Positions 37,489 to 47,173 are shown, numbered from the stretch's first letter. The stretch: 64,000 nt of DNA from an uncultured Rikenellaceae bacterium (GCA_964634565.1 CAZWLP010000006.1:6242-70241); one strand, 5' to 3'. Notes: a model not told the origin generated them from the sequence alone. Made by a program: numbers and translations.

Positions 37489-38964
37489 ATGAAAAGAATA
37501 ATTATAATAATCAGTTTTATCATAGGGTCATTTGCAGCGCTCAAAGGCCAATATGTTGATGAAGCTTTAAAATACTCACAGTTCTTCTACGGCGGAACAG
37601 CGAGGTTTCAGGCAATGGGAGGAGCGTTTACATCTCTGGGAGGCGACCTTTCGGTGCTTAGTTTGAATCCTGCAGGACTGGGGATGTTCAGATCCACAGA
37701 TGTAAGTTTCACCCCACAGATGTATTTTAATAACTCCACGACTGAATTTGGAGGAGAGATAAGTAAAGATAATGCTTATAACCTGAATATTAATCAATTT
37801 GGGATTGCTACACCGATCAGTAAGGGTGGATCTGGCAGCGGACTTGTTTCGTTAAATTTTGGATATTCATTTTCAGTTACCAATAACTTTAATGGTAATG
37901 CAATAATTAGCGGAAATCTTGGAAGCAGTTCAATGGTCGATTATTTTATGGATAATGCAGAAGGAACCGATTACCTTGATCTTACTGGTACTGAGGGGAT
38001 GGTATTTGATGCATGGATGATTGATACATTAACTAATAATTACAGCTCATATGGTTCAGCATTTTCTAACTATGGAGCCGATGCAAACTCAACATACGGG
38101 CAGGAAGTAAGAAGGATTATATCGTCGGAGGGAAGCAGCAAGGAACATTCGTTAAGCCTGGCGGCTAATTACAGCGATAAGATTTACCTGGGTTTTACTC
38201 TTGGTCTAAGCAGAATATATTCTGTTTACCAGTACGATCATCTGGAGACGGATCGGGAAGATAATATTTACCCTTTTAATCAATTCCAGTATCAGGAATA
38301 CGTTGAAACAGAAGGTAAGGGCTATTCAATTAAGCTTGGTGCTATTATACGGCCAATCGAGTCGCTGAGACTTGGATTTGCTGTTCATTCTCCAACTGTT
38401 TATCGCCTGAATGAGTATTATTATGATTACGTCTACGGGTCAACGGATGATGGACCTTCTATTGAATTTCAGGGCGATGATTTCAGTTTCTCCTATACCC
38501 TGGTTACTCCCTTGAGGATTACTACAGGAGCATCATTACAACTAGGTAAAAGAGGAATAGTCAGTGCTGATTATGAATTTATTGATTATAAGATGGCCAG
38601 GTTCTCAAAACCTTCTGATGATGGTAATTTTGCCAGAGAGAATCAGGATATTAAAAATATATTGGATGTAGCACATAACTTCAGATTTGGTGGTGAGTTC
38701 AGACTAATATCTTCGGTTTATCTGAGAGGGGGATATGCATTATATGGTAGTGGTTTTACAAAGGGTGAAGATAACAGGGATAATTCCTATAATATCCTTT
38801 CCGGCGGTATAGGTATAAGACAGAGTAATTTTTATTTTGATGTTTCATATTCTCTTAGAAGTAATACAGGAGACTATCTGATGTATCAGAATAATAACCT
38901 TGATTTTGCGAGTATCAGTTACGACAGGAGTATGATTACTGCCACAATCGGAATAAAGATGTAA
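37489..38964 (+). CDS. FadL/TodX/PorV-like outer-membrane beta-barrel protein
   Basis: 491 aa with a signal peptide. The N-terminal motif GGTARFQAMGGAFTSLGGDLSVLSLNPAGLG resembles the FadL-family G.RA.G.A...NPA signature. The rest alternates in a Tyr/Gly/Ser-rich strand pattern. Confidence 0.5.
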   Translation: MKRIIIIISFIIGSFAALKGQYVDEALKYSQFFYGGTARFQAMGGAFTSLGGDLSVLSLNPAGLGMFRSTDVSFTPQMYFNNSTTEFGGEISKDNAYNLNINQFGIATPISKGGSGSGLVSLNFGYSFSVTNNFNGNAIISGNLGSSSMVDYFMDNAEGTDYLDLTGTEGMVFDAWMIDTLTNNYSSYGSAFSNYGADANSTYGQEVRRIISSEGSSKEHSLSLAANYSDKIYLGFTLGLSRIYSVYQYDHLETDREDNIYPFNQFQYQEYVETEGKGYSIKLGAIIRPIESLRLGFAVHSPTVYRLNEYYYDYVYGSTDDGPSIEFQGDDFSFSYTLVTPLRITTGASLQLGKRGIVSADYEFIDYKMARFSKPSDDGNFARENQDIKNILDVAHNFRFGGEFRLISSVYLRGGYALYGSGFTKGEDNRDNSYNILSGGIGIRQSNFYFDVSYSLRSNTGDYLMYQNNNLDFASISYDRSMITATIGIKM

Positions 38965-38985
38965 TAAAAAATAATTATCGGATAT

Positions 38986-39024
38986 AAATAAGGATTGGTA
39001 CTATTGCTGATCCTTATTTTTTTT
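38986..39024. terminator. Bidirectional terminator at a convergent gene junction
   Basis: aaataaggat (38986-38995) pairs with atccttattt (39010-39019), a 10-bp stem with a 14-nt loop. A T-run extends to 39024. The 3' arm overlaps the last codons of the minus-strand gene. Confidence 0.6.
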
Positions 39025-39654
39025 GCAGTTAATAAGATAACTGTATGATTCAGGTCCCATATTAAATATCAGATCGAGAATTGACAGGTTGGGGATAAAT
39101 CCTTTCTCAATACTGAATACCTGGAAATACTCCGGAAGATTATCAATAAAATCATGCTTATCCTTTTTAGGATGAATAGTGTTACGAAAATCTCTGTAAC
39201 CTTCTATATTGCTGATATATGACTCAGATAAAGTAAAGCTGTCATCAATTCCGAGTATCGACATCATCTTTTCTAGTATCTCTGTATTGAGTTGAATCAG
39301 GTATTTATGATTTTTTAATATTATATCCCTGATTTCATCTATATAGAACTCATAAAAAGCAGACGAATTATAGGATGTTTCCATGGTCCTCAGGTGATTT
39401 TCCTGCCATGGACGTGAATAGTCTATTTTAAGTGATGTAATATTTACCTTATGAAAGCTTCCTCTTTCAACGGGCACCGACAGAACCTGAATTCCATTGG
39501 GCGAGTATATTTTACACCTGTTTCTATATGTTTGTTTTATATAATTATCATGCCCTTCTATTATTATTTTTTCAGCCTCTAAGAAATATGTAAAATATTG
39601 AATGGGAGGGAAATAGGCCGTAGAGAATAAGCTGACAGCAGATTTTTTATCCAT
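39001..39654 (-). CDS. WbqC-like family protein
   Basis: 217 aa. The N-terminal S.AYFPPIQYF motif and overall size match my recollection of the WbqC family (PF08889). It lies 6 nt downstream of larB on the same strand. Confidence 0.55.
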   Translation of the reverse strand: MDKKSAVSLFSTAYFPPIQYFTYFLEAEKIIIEGHDNYIKQTYRNRCKIYSPNGIQVLSVPVERGSFHKVNITSLKIDYSRPWQENHLRTMETSYNSSAFYEFYIDEIRDIILKNHKYLIQLNTEILEKMMSILGIDDSFTLSESYISNIEGYRDFRNTIHPKKDKHDFIDNLPEYFQVFSIEKGFIPNLSILDLIFNMGPESYSYLINCKKNKDQQ

Positions 39655-39660
39655 TTCAAT

Positions 39661-40407
39661 TTATAATCTGTTAATTATACTGGCATTAAATCCGGCGCCA
39701 AAGCCATTGTCGATATTAACTACACTGACTCCCGATGCACAACTTGTAAGCATTGCCAGCAGAGCCGATACACCATTAAAATTTGCTCCATAGCCAACGC
39801 TTGTGGGAACTGCTATAACCGGAGCATCCACCAGGCCGCCTACAACACTAGCCAGTGCTCCTTCCATGCCTGCAATAACCACTATTACCTTACTTTCCCT
39901 TATCTGTGGTAATTTATCAACAAGCCTGTGTATGCCGGCTACTCCGGCATCATAAAACCTGTTCACCCTGTTACCAAGCAGCTCAGCAGTAACAGCAGCT
40001 TCTTCTGCTATAGGATGGTCTGATGTGCCTGCCGTTATAATCGCGATTGGCTTCTCCTGTATTTTAGTTTCTTTATTTACGACGCTAATAATTCTGGCAT
40101 CTTCGTACCAGACTGCAGAAGGAATTACTTCCTTTACAGAATCAAATTTTTCACGGTCTGCCCTGGTTCCGATAATATTGTCGCCATGTTCGGAAATATG
40201 TTCAAAAATTCCCTTTACCTGTTTTATGGATTTCCCTTCGCAATAGACAATTTCAGGATACCCTGTTCTGAGTTCACGGTGATGATCGATCTTTGCATAG
40301 CCCAGGTCTGAGTATGGGAAGTGTTTTAATCTTTCCAGTGCTTCATCGATTGAAAGCTTATCTTCTTTTACTTCAACGAGTAATTTTTGCAGTATATTCT
40401 TATCCAT
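39661..40407 (-). CDS. larB: LarB, pyridinium-3,5-biscarboxylic acid mononucleotide synthase (PurE-like)
   Basis: 248 aa with a PurE/AIR-carboxylase-like core IAIITAGTSDHPIAEEA and GMEGALASVVGG. Confidence 0.85.
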   Translation of the reverse strand: MDKNILQKLLVEVKEDKLSIDEALERLKHFPYSDLGYAKIDHHRELRTGYPEIVYCEGKSIKQVKGIFEHISEHGDNIIGTRADREKFDSVKEVIPSAVWYEDARIISVVNKETKIQEKPIAIITAGTSDHPIAEEAAVTAELLGNRVNRFYDAGVAGIHRLVDKLPQIRESKVIVVIAGMEGALASVVGGLVDAPVIAVPTSVGYGANFNGVSALLAMLTSCASGVSVVNIDNGFGAGFNASIINRL

Positions 40408-40421
40408 CCTTCAAGTATTTT

Positions 40422-41225
40422 TTATTTATCTCTGATAATATTAAGACTACCCATTTTATATCCCTCCATATCAAGTGTAATATGCTTAATACCAAGCTCT
40501 TTAAGTCTGCTTATAATTACAGATCTTACTTTATTTTTATTTATTTCTTCTATATATTTCGGATAGCATTCCAGTCTGGCTATATCACCATGAAGTCTCA
40601 CCCTGGTACCGGCGAATCCCAGGTCCTTAATAAATAACTCGGCCTGTTCAATTATATAGAGCATTTTTTCGTCAACTTCGGTGTCGTGAGGAATCCTTGT
40701 CAGAAGGCAGGCATAAGCGGGTTTATTCCATATTTCAAGTTCCCAGCTTTTCAGTTGTTCTCTTATTTCTTCTTTTGTAATCCCCGATTTTATCAGAGGG
40801 CTAAGTATCTTAAGCTCATCAAGGGCTCTTATACCTGGCCTGTAGTCGCTAAGATCATCAGCATTACTGCCATCCACAATAATATTGAATTGATTTTCCC
40901 CGGCGTAATTTTTTATTTCAGAAAACAGTACCTTCTTACATCTGTAGCACCTGTCATGTGGATTTGAAATAATTGACCGGGGGAAGGGCAAATCAACTAC
41001 TTTATGTTCAATATTATACTCCTGGCAGAAACTTATTGCTTCATCTACCTCCCATTGAGGTATATAAGGTGTTTTTACTGTGAGTGCTCTGACTTTAAGC
41101 TTAAATATTCTGGCTATGGTATAAAGAAGAAAAGTACTGTCGACACCACCTGAAAATGCAAGTAATATACGATCAGACTGACTAAACAATCCTTTTAATT
41201 TTCCTATCTTCTTATCTATTGTCAA
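40422..41225 (-). CDS. larE: LarE, ATP-dependent sacrificial sulfur transferase
   Basis: 267 aa with the PP-loop AFSGGVDSTFLL and the candidate sacrificial Cys in PAYACLLTRIP. Confidence 0.85.
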   Translation of the reverse strand: MTIDKKIGKLKGLFSQSDRILLAFSGGVDSTFLLYTIARIFKLKVRALTVKTPYIPQWEVDEAISFCQEYNIEHKVVDLPFPRSIISNPHDRCYRCKKVLFSEIKNYAGENQFNIIVDGSNADDLSDYRPGIRALDELKILSPLIKSGITKEEIREQLKSWELEIWNKPAYACLLTRIPHDTEVDEKMLYIIEQAELFIKDLGFAGTRVRLHGDIARLECYPKYIEEINKNKVRSVIISRLKELGIKHITLDMEGYKMGSLNIIRDK

Positions 41226-41227
41226 TA

Positions 41228-42400
41228 TTAGTTGTTTTTAGCCGATTCCATAACAATCCTGAAGACCTCCTTGATAGGGATATTATTTTGTAGAGAGATT
41301 TTAATGCAATCATTATATTCAGGTTTAGCAGAAACCATTTTACCCTCGTAAAAGCCATATTTCATTGTAATCTCTCCAATGGGGGTAATAATCTTTTTAA
41401 ATTGTCTTTCAAGAGATAACTTTTCGACTGGCAATATTCTTAATCCCAGAGTAGTAGAGTGTGTAAATAAAATCTGTTTTACTTTTTCAATACTTTCATT
41501 AAAAGATAAAACAGAAACCTTTGTTCCTGGTCGTCCCTTTTTCATAATAATCTGAGTAAGAAAAACATCTGAGGCTCCTGCTTCAAGCAGTCTCTCCGTT
41601 AAGGAATCATACCACTCAGGGTTCATATCATCTATATTGCACTCCAGCAATGAAGATTTGTCTCCACCTGTTTTTTCTTCAGATTCTTCTCCCAGATGTA
41701 CTCTTAGAATATTTGGTCTGGACTCATTAACCTTGTGCCCGATACCATATCCCGAGGAAGAAATAGTCATCCTGTTCTCTATGTTGAAAACATCTCCAAG
41801 GGTTTTAACAATTGTTGCTCCTGTAGGAGTGGTTGCTTCAAAGTCAACACCTCCGGTAGAAACGGGTATGTCTTTAATTATTTCGGCTGTAGCAGGTGCC
41901 GGGACAGGAAGATTGCCATGAGCGCATTTAACAAATCCACCACCCAGTTCCAGTCTGGAAATAATTACCCTGTCGACATTTAATTTATGATAACAGATAG
42001 CAGCCCCAACTATGTCGATAATTGAATCTATTGCCCCAACTTCGTGAAAGTGAATTTTTTCCTTACTCGTATTATGGACCTTTGCTTCTGCTTCAGCTAC
42101 CAGGTCAAACATAAGCATGCTTGTCAGCTTAACCTTATTGTCGAGCTTACTATCAGTAATAATCCTGGCTATATCAGAAAGATGTCTGTGTGATTTATCT
42201 TCTTTTGTCTGTTTTACAGTTACTTTCGTCCCAAAAATACCGTGTCTCTGGTCTTTTTCTACAATTAATTCCCAACCATCAAGATTGAGTTTGTTTAATT
42301 CATTTATTAAATACATGCTATCAATCCCAAGATCAATCATTGCAGCAAGGTTCATATCCCCGCTTATCCCGGAGAAACAATCATAGTATAGAATTTTCAT
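41228..42400 (-). CDS. larC: LarC, nickel insertase for the nickel-pincer nucleotide cofactor (DUF111)
   Basis: 390 aa with the N-terminal MKILYYDCFSGISGDM motif. It is a single unsplit polypeptide. Confidence 0.85.
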   Translation of the reverse strand: MKILYYDCFSGISGDMNLAAMIDLGIDSMYLINELNKLNLDGWELIVEKDQRHGIFGTKVTVKQTKEDKSHRHLSDIARIITDSKLDNKVKLTSMLMFDLVAEAEAKVHNTSKEKIHFHEVGAIDSIIDIVGAAICYHKLNVDRVIISRLELGGGFVKCAHGNLPVPAPATAEIIKDIPVSTGGVDFEATTPTGATIVKTLGDVFNIENRMTISSSGYGIGHKVNESRPNILRVHLGEESEEKTGGDKSSLLECNIDDMNPEWYDSLTERLLEAGASDVFLTQIIMKKGRPGTKVSVLSFNESIEKVKQILFTHSTTLGLRILPVEKLSLERQFKKIITPIGEITMKYGFYEGKMVSAKPEYNDCIKISLQNNIPIKEVFRIVMESAKNN

Positions 42401-42523
42401 AATGCAGATGTTATAAAACTGGTGCTAATATAGCACTATGCTTACGAATATGAATAAAAATATTGTATTTTGCGTGCAGTATAGACGATGCCATTGCGGG
42501 CTTAGAATTTTTAATTATTGAAT

Positions 42524-43444
42524 ATGAAAAGGAGAGATTTCTTAAAAAAGTCGGTGAGTGCAGGCCTTGTTGCAGGTGTAGCATATAAGGTTGGTGGATA
42601 TAATAATCTTTATGGATCAACACCATCGTTGCAGCTTCCGGATCTTGTTGCAGTAATGGGAGGAAGCCCTGATGCAATGTTTGATAAAGGTATCAGTGCA
42701 CTCGGAGGTATGACAAATTTTGTAAAAAAAGACCAGACGGTTGTTATAAAACCAAATATGGCATGGGATCGTACACCGGAGATAGGGGCTAATACAAATC
42801 CTGTACTTATCGGGAGGATTGTTGAGCATTGCCTCAAAGCAGGAGCTAAAAGAGTTTATGTATTTGATAATGCAACCCACAACTGGGTAAAAGCATATAA
42901 GACATCAGGGATAGAGAAAGCTGCAAAATCGGCTGGTGCAAGGATGGTTCCGGGTGATTCAGAAAGTTATTACCAGGAAGTATCCATTAAGGGAGCAAAG
43001 GTTTTGAAAACAACCAAGGTTCATGAATTGATTCTTGAGTCGGATGTATTTATAAATGTACCTGTACTGAAGCATCATTCTTCAACGAAGATGACGGCAT
43101 CATTAAAGAACCTGATGGGAGCTGTATGGGACAGGAAGTGGTGGCATTCTAATAATCTTCATCAGTGTATTGCAGATTTTGGCCTCTTTGAAAAGAAGCC
43201 AGCATTAAATGTTATCGACTGTTATAATGTTATGATGAGAAACGGACCACAGGGAGTATCGGTGGCAGATGTTGTAAATATGAAGGCTCAGATCTTATCT
43301 GCTGATATGGTTGCAGCAGATTCAGCCGCAGCGATGATGATTAAGAAGGAACCCGGGCAGATTGATTATATTCCTCTTGCATATGAGTTGGGTATTGGAG
43401 AAATGGATCTGTCGCGTTTGCAGATCAATAGGATATCAATGTAA
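42524..43444 (+). CDS. Tat-exported DUF362 domain protein
   Basis: Start taken at the ATG at 42524. It has the twin-arginine signal MKRRDFLKKSVSAGLVAGVA. The DUF362-like body (VVIKPNMAW...LKHHSSTKMT) is a memory-based assignment. Only 3 Cys residues are present and no Fe-S motif. Confidence 0.6.
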   Translation: MKRRDFLKKSVSAGLVAGVAYKVGGYNNLYGSTPSLQLPDLVAVMGGSPDAMFDKGISALGGMTNFVKKDQTVVIKPNMAWDRTPEIGANTNPVLIGRIVEHCLKAGAKRVYVFDNATHNWVKAYKTSGIEKAAKSAGARMVPGDSESYYQEVSIKGAKVLKTTKVHELILESDVFINVPVLKHHSSTKMTASLKNLMGAVWDRKWWHSNNLHQCIADFGLFEKKPALNVIDCYNVMMRNGPQGVSVADVVNMKAQILSADMVAADSAAAMMIKKEPGQIDYIPLAYELGIGEMDLSRLQINRISM

Positions 43445-43456
43445 ATATGCCGGCAA

Positions 43457-45040
43457 ATGAATAGTCCTCTTTTAAAAAAGATCAGGTTTCTGCTTGCTTT
43501 ACTGGTCTTAGTGTTATTTATCCTCTCGTTTATAGATTTTAGATATTTACTCCCCGAGAAGTGGTTTGGGATATTACTATATCTGCAATTTACTCCATCG
43601 CTGCTTAAATTTATGGATGCTCCTTCAATTCTTGCAAGCGGATTTATAGTTGTAGCTGCACTAACTGTTTTTACCGGCCGATCCTATTGTTCCTTTCTTT
43701 GTCCCCTGGGTATCCTTCAGGATGCAATAAGCAGGGCCGGTGGAAAAGTTAAACGTCGCAACAGAAGGTATGGATTTAAGAAGCCACATACTATTTTAAG
43801 GTATTTGTTACTGGCTATTACTCTGATTGTAGCTCTCTCAGGATCAATACACCTGATAGCTCTTTTAGATCCCTATAGTATTTTTGGAAGGTTTGTAACG
43901 TATTTTTTTCAACCACTTATAGTTACTCTTAATAATATTGTTGCATGGATTGCCACTAAGTTTGATTACTATGAAATTTTTAAGGTTGAGTATATTAAGA
44001 TACCTCTGATTGTATATCTGATACCCCTTCTTTTCCTGGTTTTGGTTTCCTATATGTCTTTTACCAGGGGAAGGTTGTACTGCAATACCTTATGTCCTGT
44101 TGGTACACTTCTTGGACTCCTGTCCAAGGTGTCTGTTTTCAGGATTACTATTGATAAGCAATCCTGTACTCATTGTGGAAGATGTGCCATTAATTGTAAG
44201 GCCTCCTGCATTGATTTTCTGAATGAGGATATTGATGAAAGCAGATGTGTAACATGTTTTAATTGTCTTACGGTTTGTCCTGATAATGCAATTAAATATG
44301 GTTTGCCCGTGAGAATAAAGAATAAGCCCGTGGTGACTGAGAAAGTTGATTCGTCTAAGCGCAGGTTTATTGCAGGTTCAATAGGCGCTCTCGCTGCTGC
44401 TACTGGTGTTGCCAGGGCGCAGGATGTGCCTGCCAATAAGGAAGCACCTGTTCCGACCAAGGAATCGACCGTTAAGGAAAATAAAACATACCCCGTATGT
44501 CCGTATGGTGCAGTAAGTCTGGAACATTTCAATTCATATTGTACTGCATGTTCGCTTTGCATAAATGCTTGCCCTGAGCAGGTTATAGTGCCGTCATTTA
44601 TGGAATACGGTCTGGCCGGTATTATGCAGCCAAGGATGGATTATCATAAGAGCTTCTGCAATTTTGATTGCACCAGGTGTACAGATATTTGTCCGACAGG
44701 TGCTCTCCTGCCTCTGACAGTAGAAGCTAAAAAGCTTACTCAGATTGGGAAAGTCACCTTTATTAAGGAGAACTGTATAGTTGAGACAGAGAGAACTGAC
44801 TGCGGTGCATGTTCTGAACATTGTCCTACAAAGGCAGTTTACATGGTCCCTTTTAAGGGTAACCTCGTTATTCCGGAGGTTAATAATAAGCTATGTGTAG
44901 GATGTGGTGCATGTGAATATGCATGCCCGACAAAACCTTTTAAGGCAATTTTTGTTGATGGCAATCCAATACACCTCGATGCAGAAAAACCTGCATCTGA
45001 GTCATTGAAAGTTGAAAAGATGGAAGAATTTCCATTCTAG
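43457..45040 (+). CDS. Membrane polyferredoxin, NapH-like N-terminal half fused to NapG-like C-terminal half
   Basis: 527 aa. The hydrophobic N-terminal region carries two CX3CP motifs (CSFLCPLG, CNTLCPVG) and two CxxCxxCxxxCP clusters. An internal twin-arginine-like hydrophobic segment (SSKRRFIAGSIGALAAATGVARA) is followed by four more Cys clusters. Confidence 0.7.
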   Translation: MNSPLLKKIRFLLALLVLVLFILSFIDFRYLLPEKWFGILLYLQFTPSLLKFMDAPSILASGFIVVAALTVFTGRSYCSFLCPLGILQDAISRAGGKVKRRNRRYGFKKPHTILRYLLLAITLIVALSGSIHLIALLDPYSIFGRFVTYFFQPLIVTLNNIVAWIATKFDYYEIFKVEYIKIPLIVYLIPLLFLVLVSYMSFTRGRLYCNTLCPVGTLLGLLSKVSVFRITIDKQSCTHCGRCAINCKASCIDFLNEDIDESRCVTCFNCLTVCPDNAIKYGLPVRIKNKPVVTEKVDSSKRRFIAGSIGALAAATGVARAQDVPANKEAPVPTKESTVKENKTYPVCPYGAVSLEHFNSYCTACSLCINACPEQVIVPSFMEYGLAGIMQPRMDYHKSFCNFDCTRCTDICPTGALLPLTVEAKKLTQIGKVTFIKENCIVETERTDCGACSEHCPTKAVYMVPFKGNLVIPEVNNKLCVGCGACEYACPTKPFKAIFVDGNPIHLDAEKPASESLKVEKMEEFPF

Positions 45041-45172
45041 AAGATTGTTTTCCAGGTGTTGCAGATAAGAATTATAATTTTCAAAAAAAAGTCAATAAAA
45101 TATGACTTTTGTCTGCATAAATTAAGCAATATTAAGTTTATGTTTGTAAAACATAAATAATCCTTAAGTTTA

Positions 45173-45586
45173 ATGGAACCAACGCATATTGAACACATTG
45201 GTATAGCCGTAAAATCGCTCGATGAGGCTATCCCATTTTATGAGAATATTTTTGGTCTTAAATGCTACAATATTGAGGAGGTAAGAGACCAAAAGGTGAA
45301 GACCGCATTTTTTAAAATAGGCGACACCAAGATTGAATTACTGGAATCAACAGATCCTGATGGACCAATAGGTAAGTTTATCGAGAAAAGAGGAGAAGGA
45401 ATACACCATATGGCCTTTGCCGTTAAGGATATTAATAGTAAGCTTGCAGAGGTAGAGCTGAAAGGAGTTAGGCTGATCGACAGGGAGGCGCGCTCTGGAG
45501 CAGAAGGACTTGATATAGGCTTCCTGCATCCAAAGTCAACTTTTGGTGTACTTACAGAGCTTTGTGAAGATAATTCAGGTAAATAG
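45173..45586 (+). CDS. mce: Methylmalonyl-CoA epimerase (VOC/glyoxalase fold)
   Basis: 137 aa with IEHIGIAV...G.GIHHMAF...HPKS motifs. It lies directly upstream of the decarboxylase genes. Confidence 0.8.
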   Translation: MEPTHIEHIGIAVKSLDEAIPFYENIFGLKCYNIEEVRDQKVKTAFFKIGDTKIELLESTDPDGPIGKFIEKRGEGIHHMAFAVKDINSKLAEVELKGVRLIDREARSGAEGLDIGFLHPKSTFGVLTELCEDNSGK

Positions 45587-45603
45587 AAATAATCTTTAGT
45601 CAG

Positions 45604-47163
45604 ATGAGTAGTCAGGATAAAATAAATCAACTTATTGATCTTCGGGAGCAAGCCAAACTGGGCGGTGGTCTGAAAAGGATAGAGTCACAGCATAAAAAAG
45701 GAAAATTAACTGCCAGAGAAAGGATTGATATTCTTCTTGATGAGGGTAGTTTTGAGGAATTTGACATGTTTGTTAAACACCGGACTGAAGATTTTGGACT
45801 GGGTGACAAGAAATTCCTTTCAGATGGTGTTGTAACAGGTCATGGCACTATTGATGGAAGGGTAGTTTACATTTTTTCGCAGGATTTTACCGTTTTTGGA
45901 GGCTCTCTTTCCGAAACCTTTGCAGCTAAAATTTGTAAAATAATGGATCAGGCAATGAAGGTTGGAGCACCTGTAATTGGAATTAATGATAGTGGCGGTG
46001 CAAGAATACAGGAGGGTGTAAGGAGTCTGGCCGGATATGCCGAGATATTTGAACGTAATATTATGGCATCGGGTGTAATACCACAAATATCAGCTATTTT
46101 CGGTCCATGCGCAGGAGGTGCAGTATATTCGCCAGCTCTTACTGATTATATTATTATGAGCGAGGAGAGCAGCTATATGTTCGTTACCGGCCCAAAAGTC
46201 ACTAAAACAGTTACAGGAGAAGAGATATCAATAGAAGATCTGGGTGGTGCAAGGGTTCACTCAACAAAATCTGGTGTAGCTCATTTTGTTTCTGAAGATG
46301 AGGAAGAAGGTTTATTATTAATCAGAAAACTCCTGAGTTATTTGCCTCAGAATAATCTGGAGGATCCACCTCTTTCGGATTGTAATGATCCTATAGACCG
46401 ACTGGAGGATGATCTGAATCTAATTATTCCGGAAAATACGAATCAACCTTACAATGTAAAAGATATAATATATAAGATTGTTGATAATGAAGAATTTCTG
46501 GAGGTACACGGTAATTATGCAAAAAATATTATTGTGGGACATGCCAAGTTTGATGGTATGTCGGTTGGCATAATTGCTAACCAGCCTAACTTTCTTGCCG
46601 GGGTACTGGATATAGAGGCATCGAGAAAAGCTGCAAGGTTTGTAAGATTCTGCGACGCTTTTAATATACCATTGGTTACCCTGGTTGATGTTCCTGGCTT
46701 TTTACCAGGTAGTAATCAGGAATATGGCGGAATTATTATTCATGGAGCCAAACTGATGTTTGCATATGGAGAGGCTACTGTCCCAAAGATTACAATTACC
46801 CTGCGTAAATCATATGGAGGTGCCCACTGTGTTATGTCATCAAAGCAACTTAAGGGAGATATTAATTATGCATGGCCTTCTGCAGAAATAGCAGTAATGG
46901 GCCCTCGTGGGGCAATTGAAGTACTTGAGGGTAAGAAAATTAGTGAGATTGAGAACCCGGAAGAAAGGGCTAAGTACGTTGCTGAGAAGGAGGAGGAATA
47001 CCGCGATAAATTTGCAAATCCATATGAGGCAGCTAAATTCGGATTTCTTGATGACGTGATTGAACCAAGAAATACACGCTTCAGGATAATAAGGGCTCTT
47101 AGAACACTTACAACAAAGAAAGATCCACTGCCTTTGAAAAAGCATTCAAATATACCTTTATAG
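45604..47163 (+). CDS. mmdA: Methylmalonyl-CoA decarboxylase alpha subunit (acyl-CoA carboxyltransferase)
   Basis: 519 aa of the carboxyl_trans family ([25 protein letters not shown]), sitting next to the membrane and biotin subunits. Confidence 0.8.
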   Translation: MSSQDKINQLIDLREQAKLGGGLKRIESQHKKGKLTARERIDILLDEGSFEEFDMFVKHRTEDFGLGDKKFLSDGVVTGHGTIDGRVVYIFSQDFTVFGGSLSETFAAKICKIMDQAMKVGAPVIGINDSGGARIQEGVRSLAGYAEIFERNIMASGVIPQISAIFGPCAGGAVYSPALTDYIIMSEESSYMFVTGPKVTKTVTGEEISIEDLGGARVHSTKSGVAHFVSEDEEEGLLLIRKLLSYLPQNNLEDPPLSDCNDPIDRLEDDLNLIIPENTNQPYNVKDIIYKIVDNEEFLEVHGNYAKNIIVGHAKFDGMSVGIIANQPNFLAGVLDIEASRKAARFVRFCDAFNIPLVTLVDVPGFLPGSNQEYGGIIIHGAKLMFAYGEATVPKITITLRKSYGGAHCVMSSKQLKGDINYAWPSAEIAVMGPRGAIEVLEGKKISEIENPEERAKYVAEKEEEYRDKFANPYEAAKFGFLDDVIEPRNTRFRIIRALRTLTTKKDPLPLKKHSNIPL

Positions 47164-47173
47164 AGCAGAATCT

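Noticed and set aside
45088-45146. Weak AT-rich hairpin (aaaagtca...tgactttt) and TAnnTTTG-like boxes upstream of the epimerase gene, as terminator or promoter
   Set aside because: The stem is short and AT-only. The TTTG to TAtgTTTG spacing is 27 nt, too long, and the alternative box TAagTTTA has a mismatch. The evidence is too weak to annotate.
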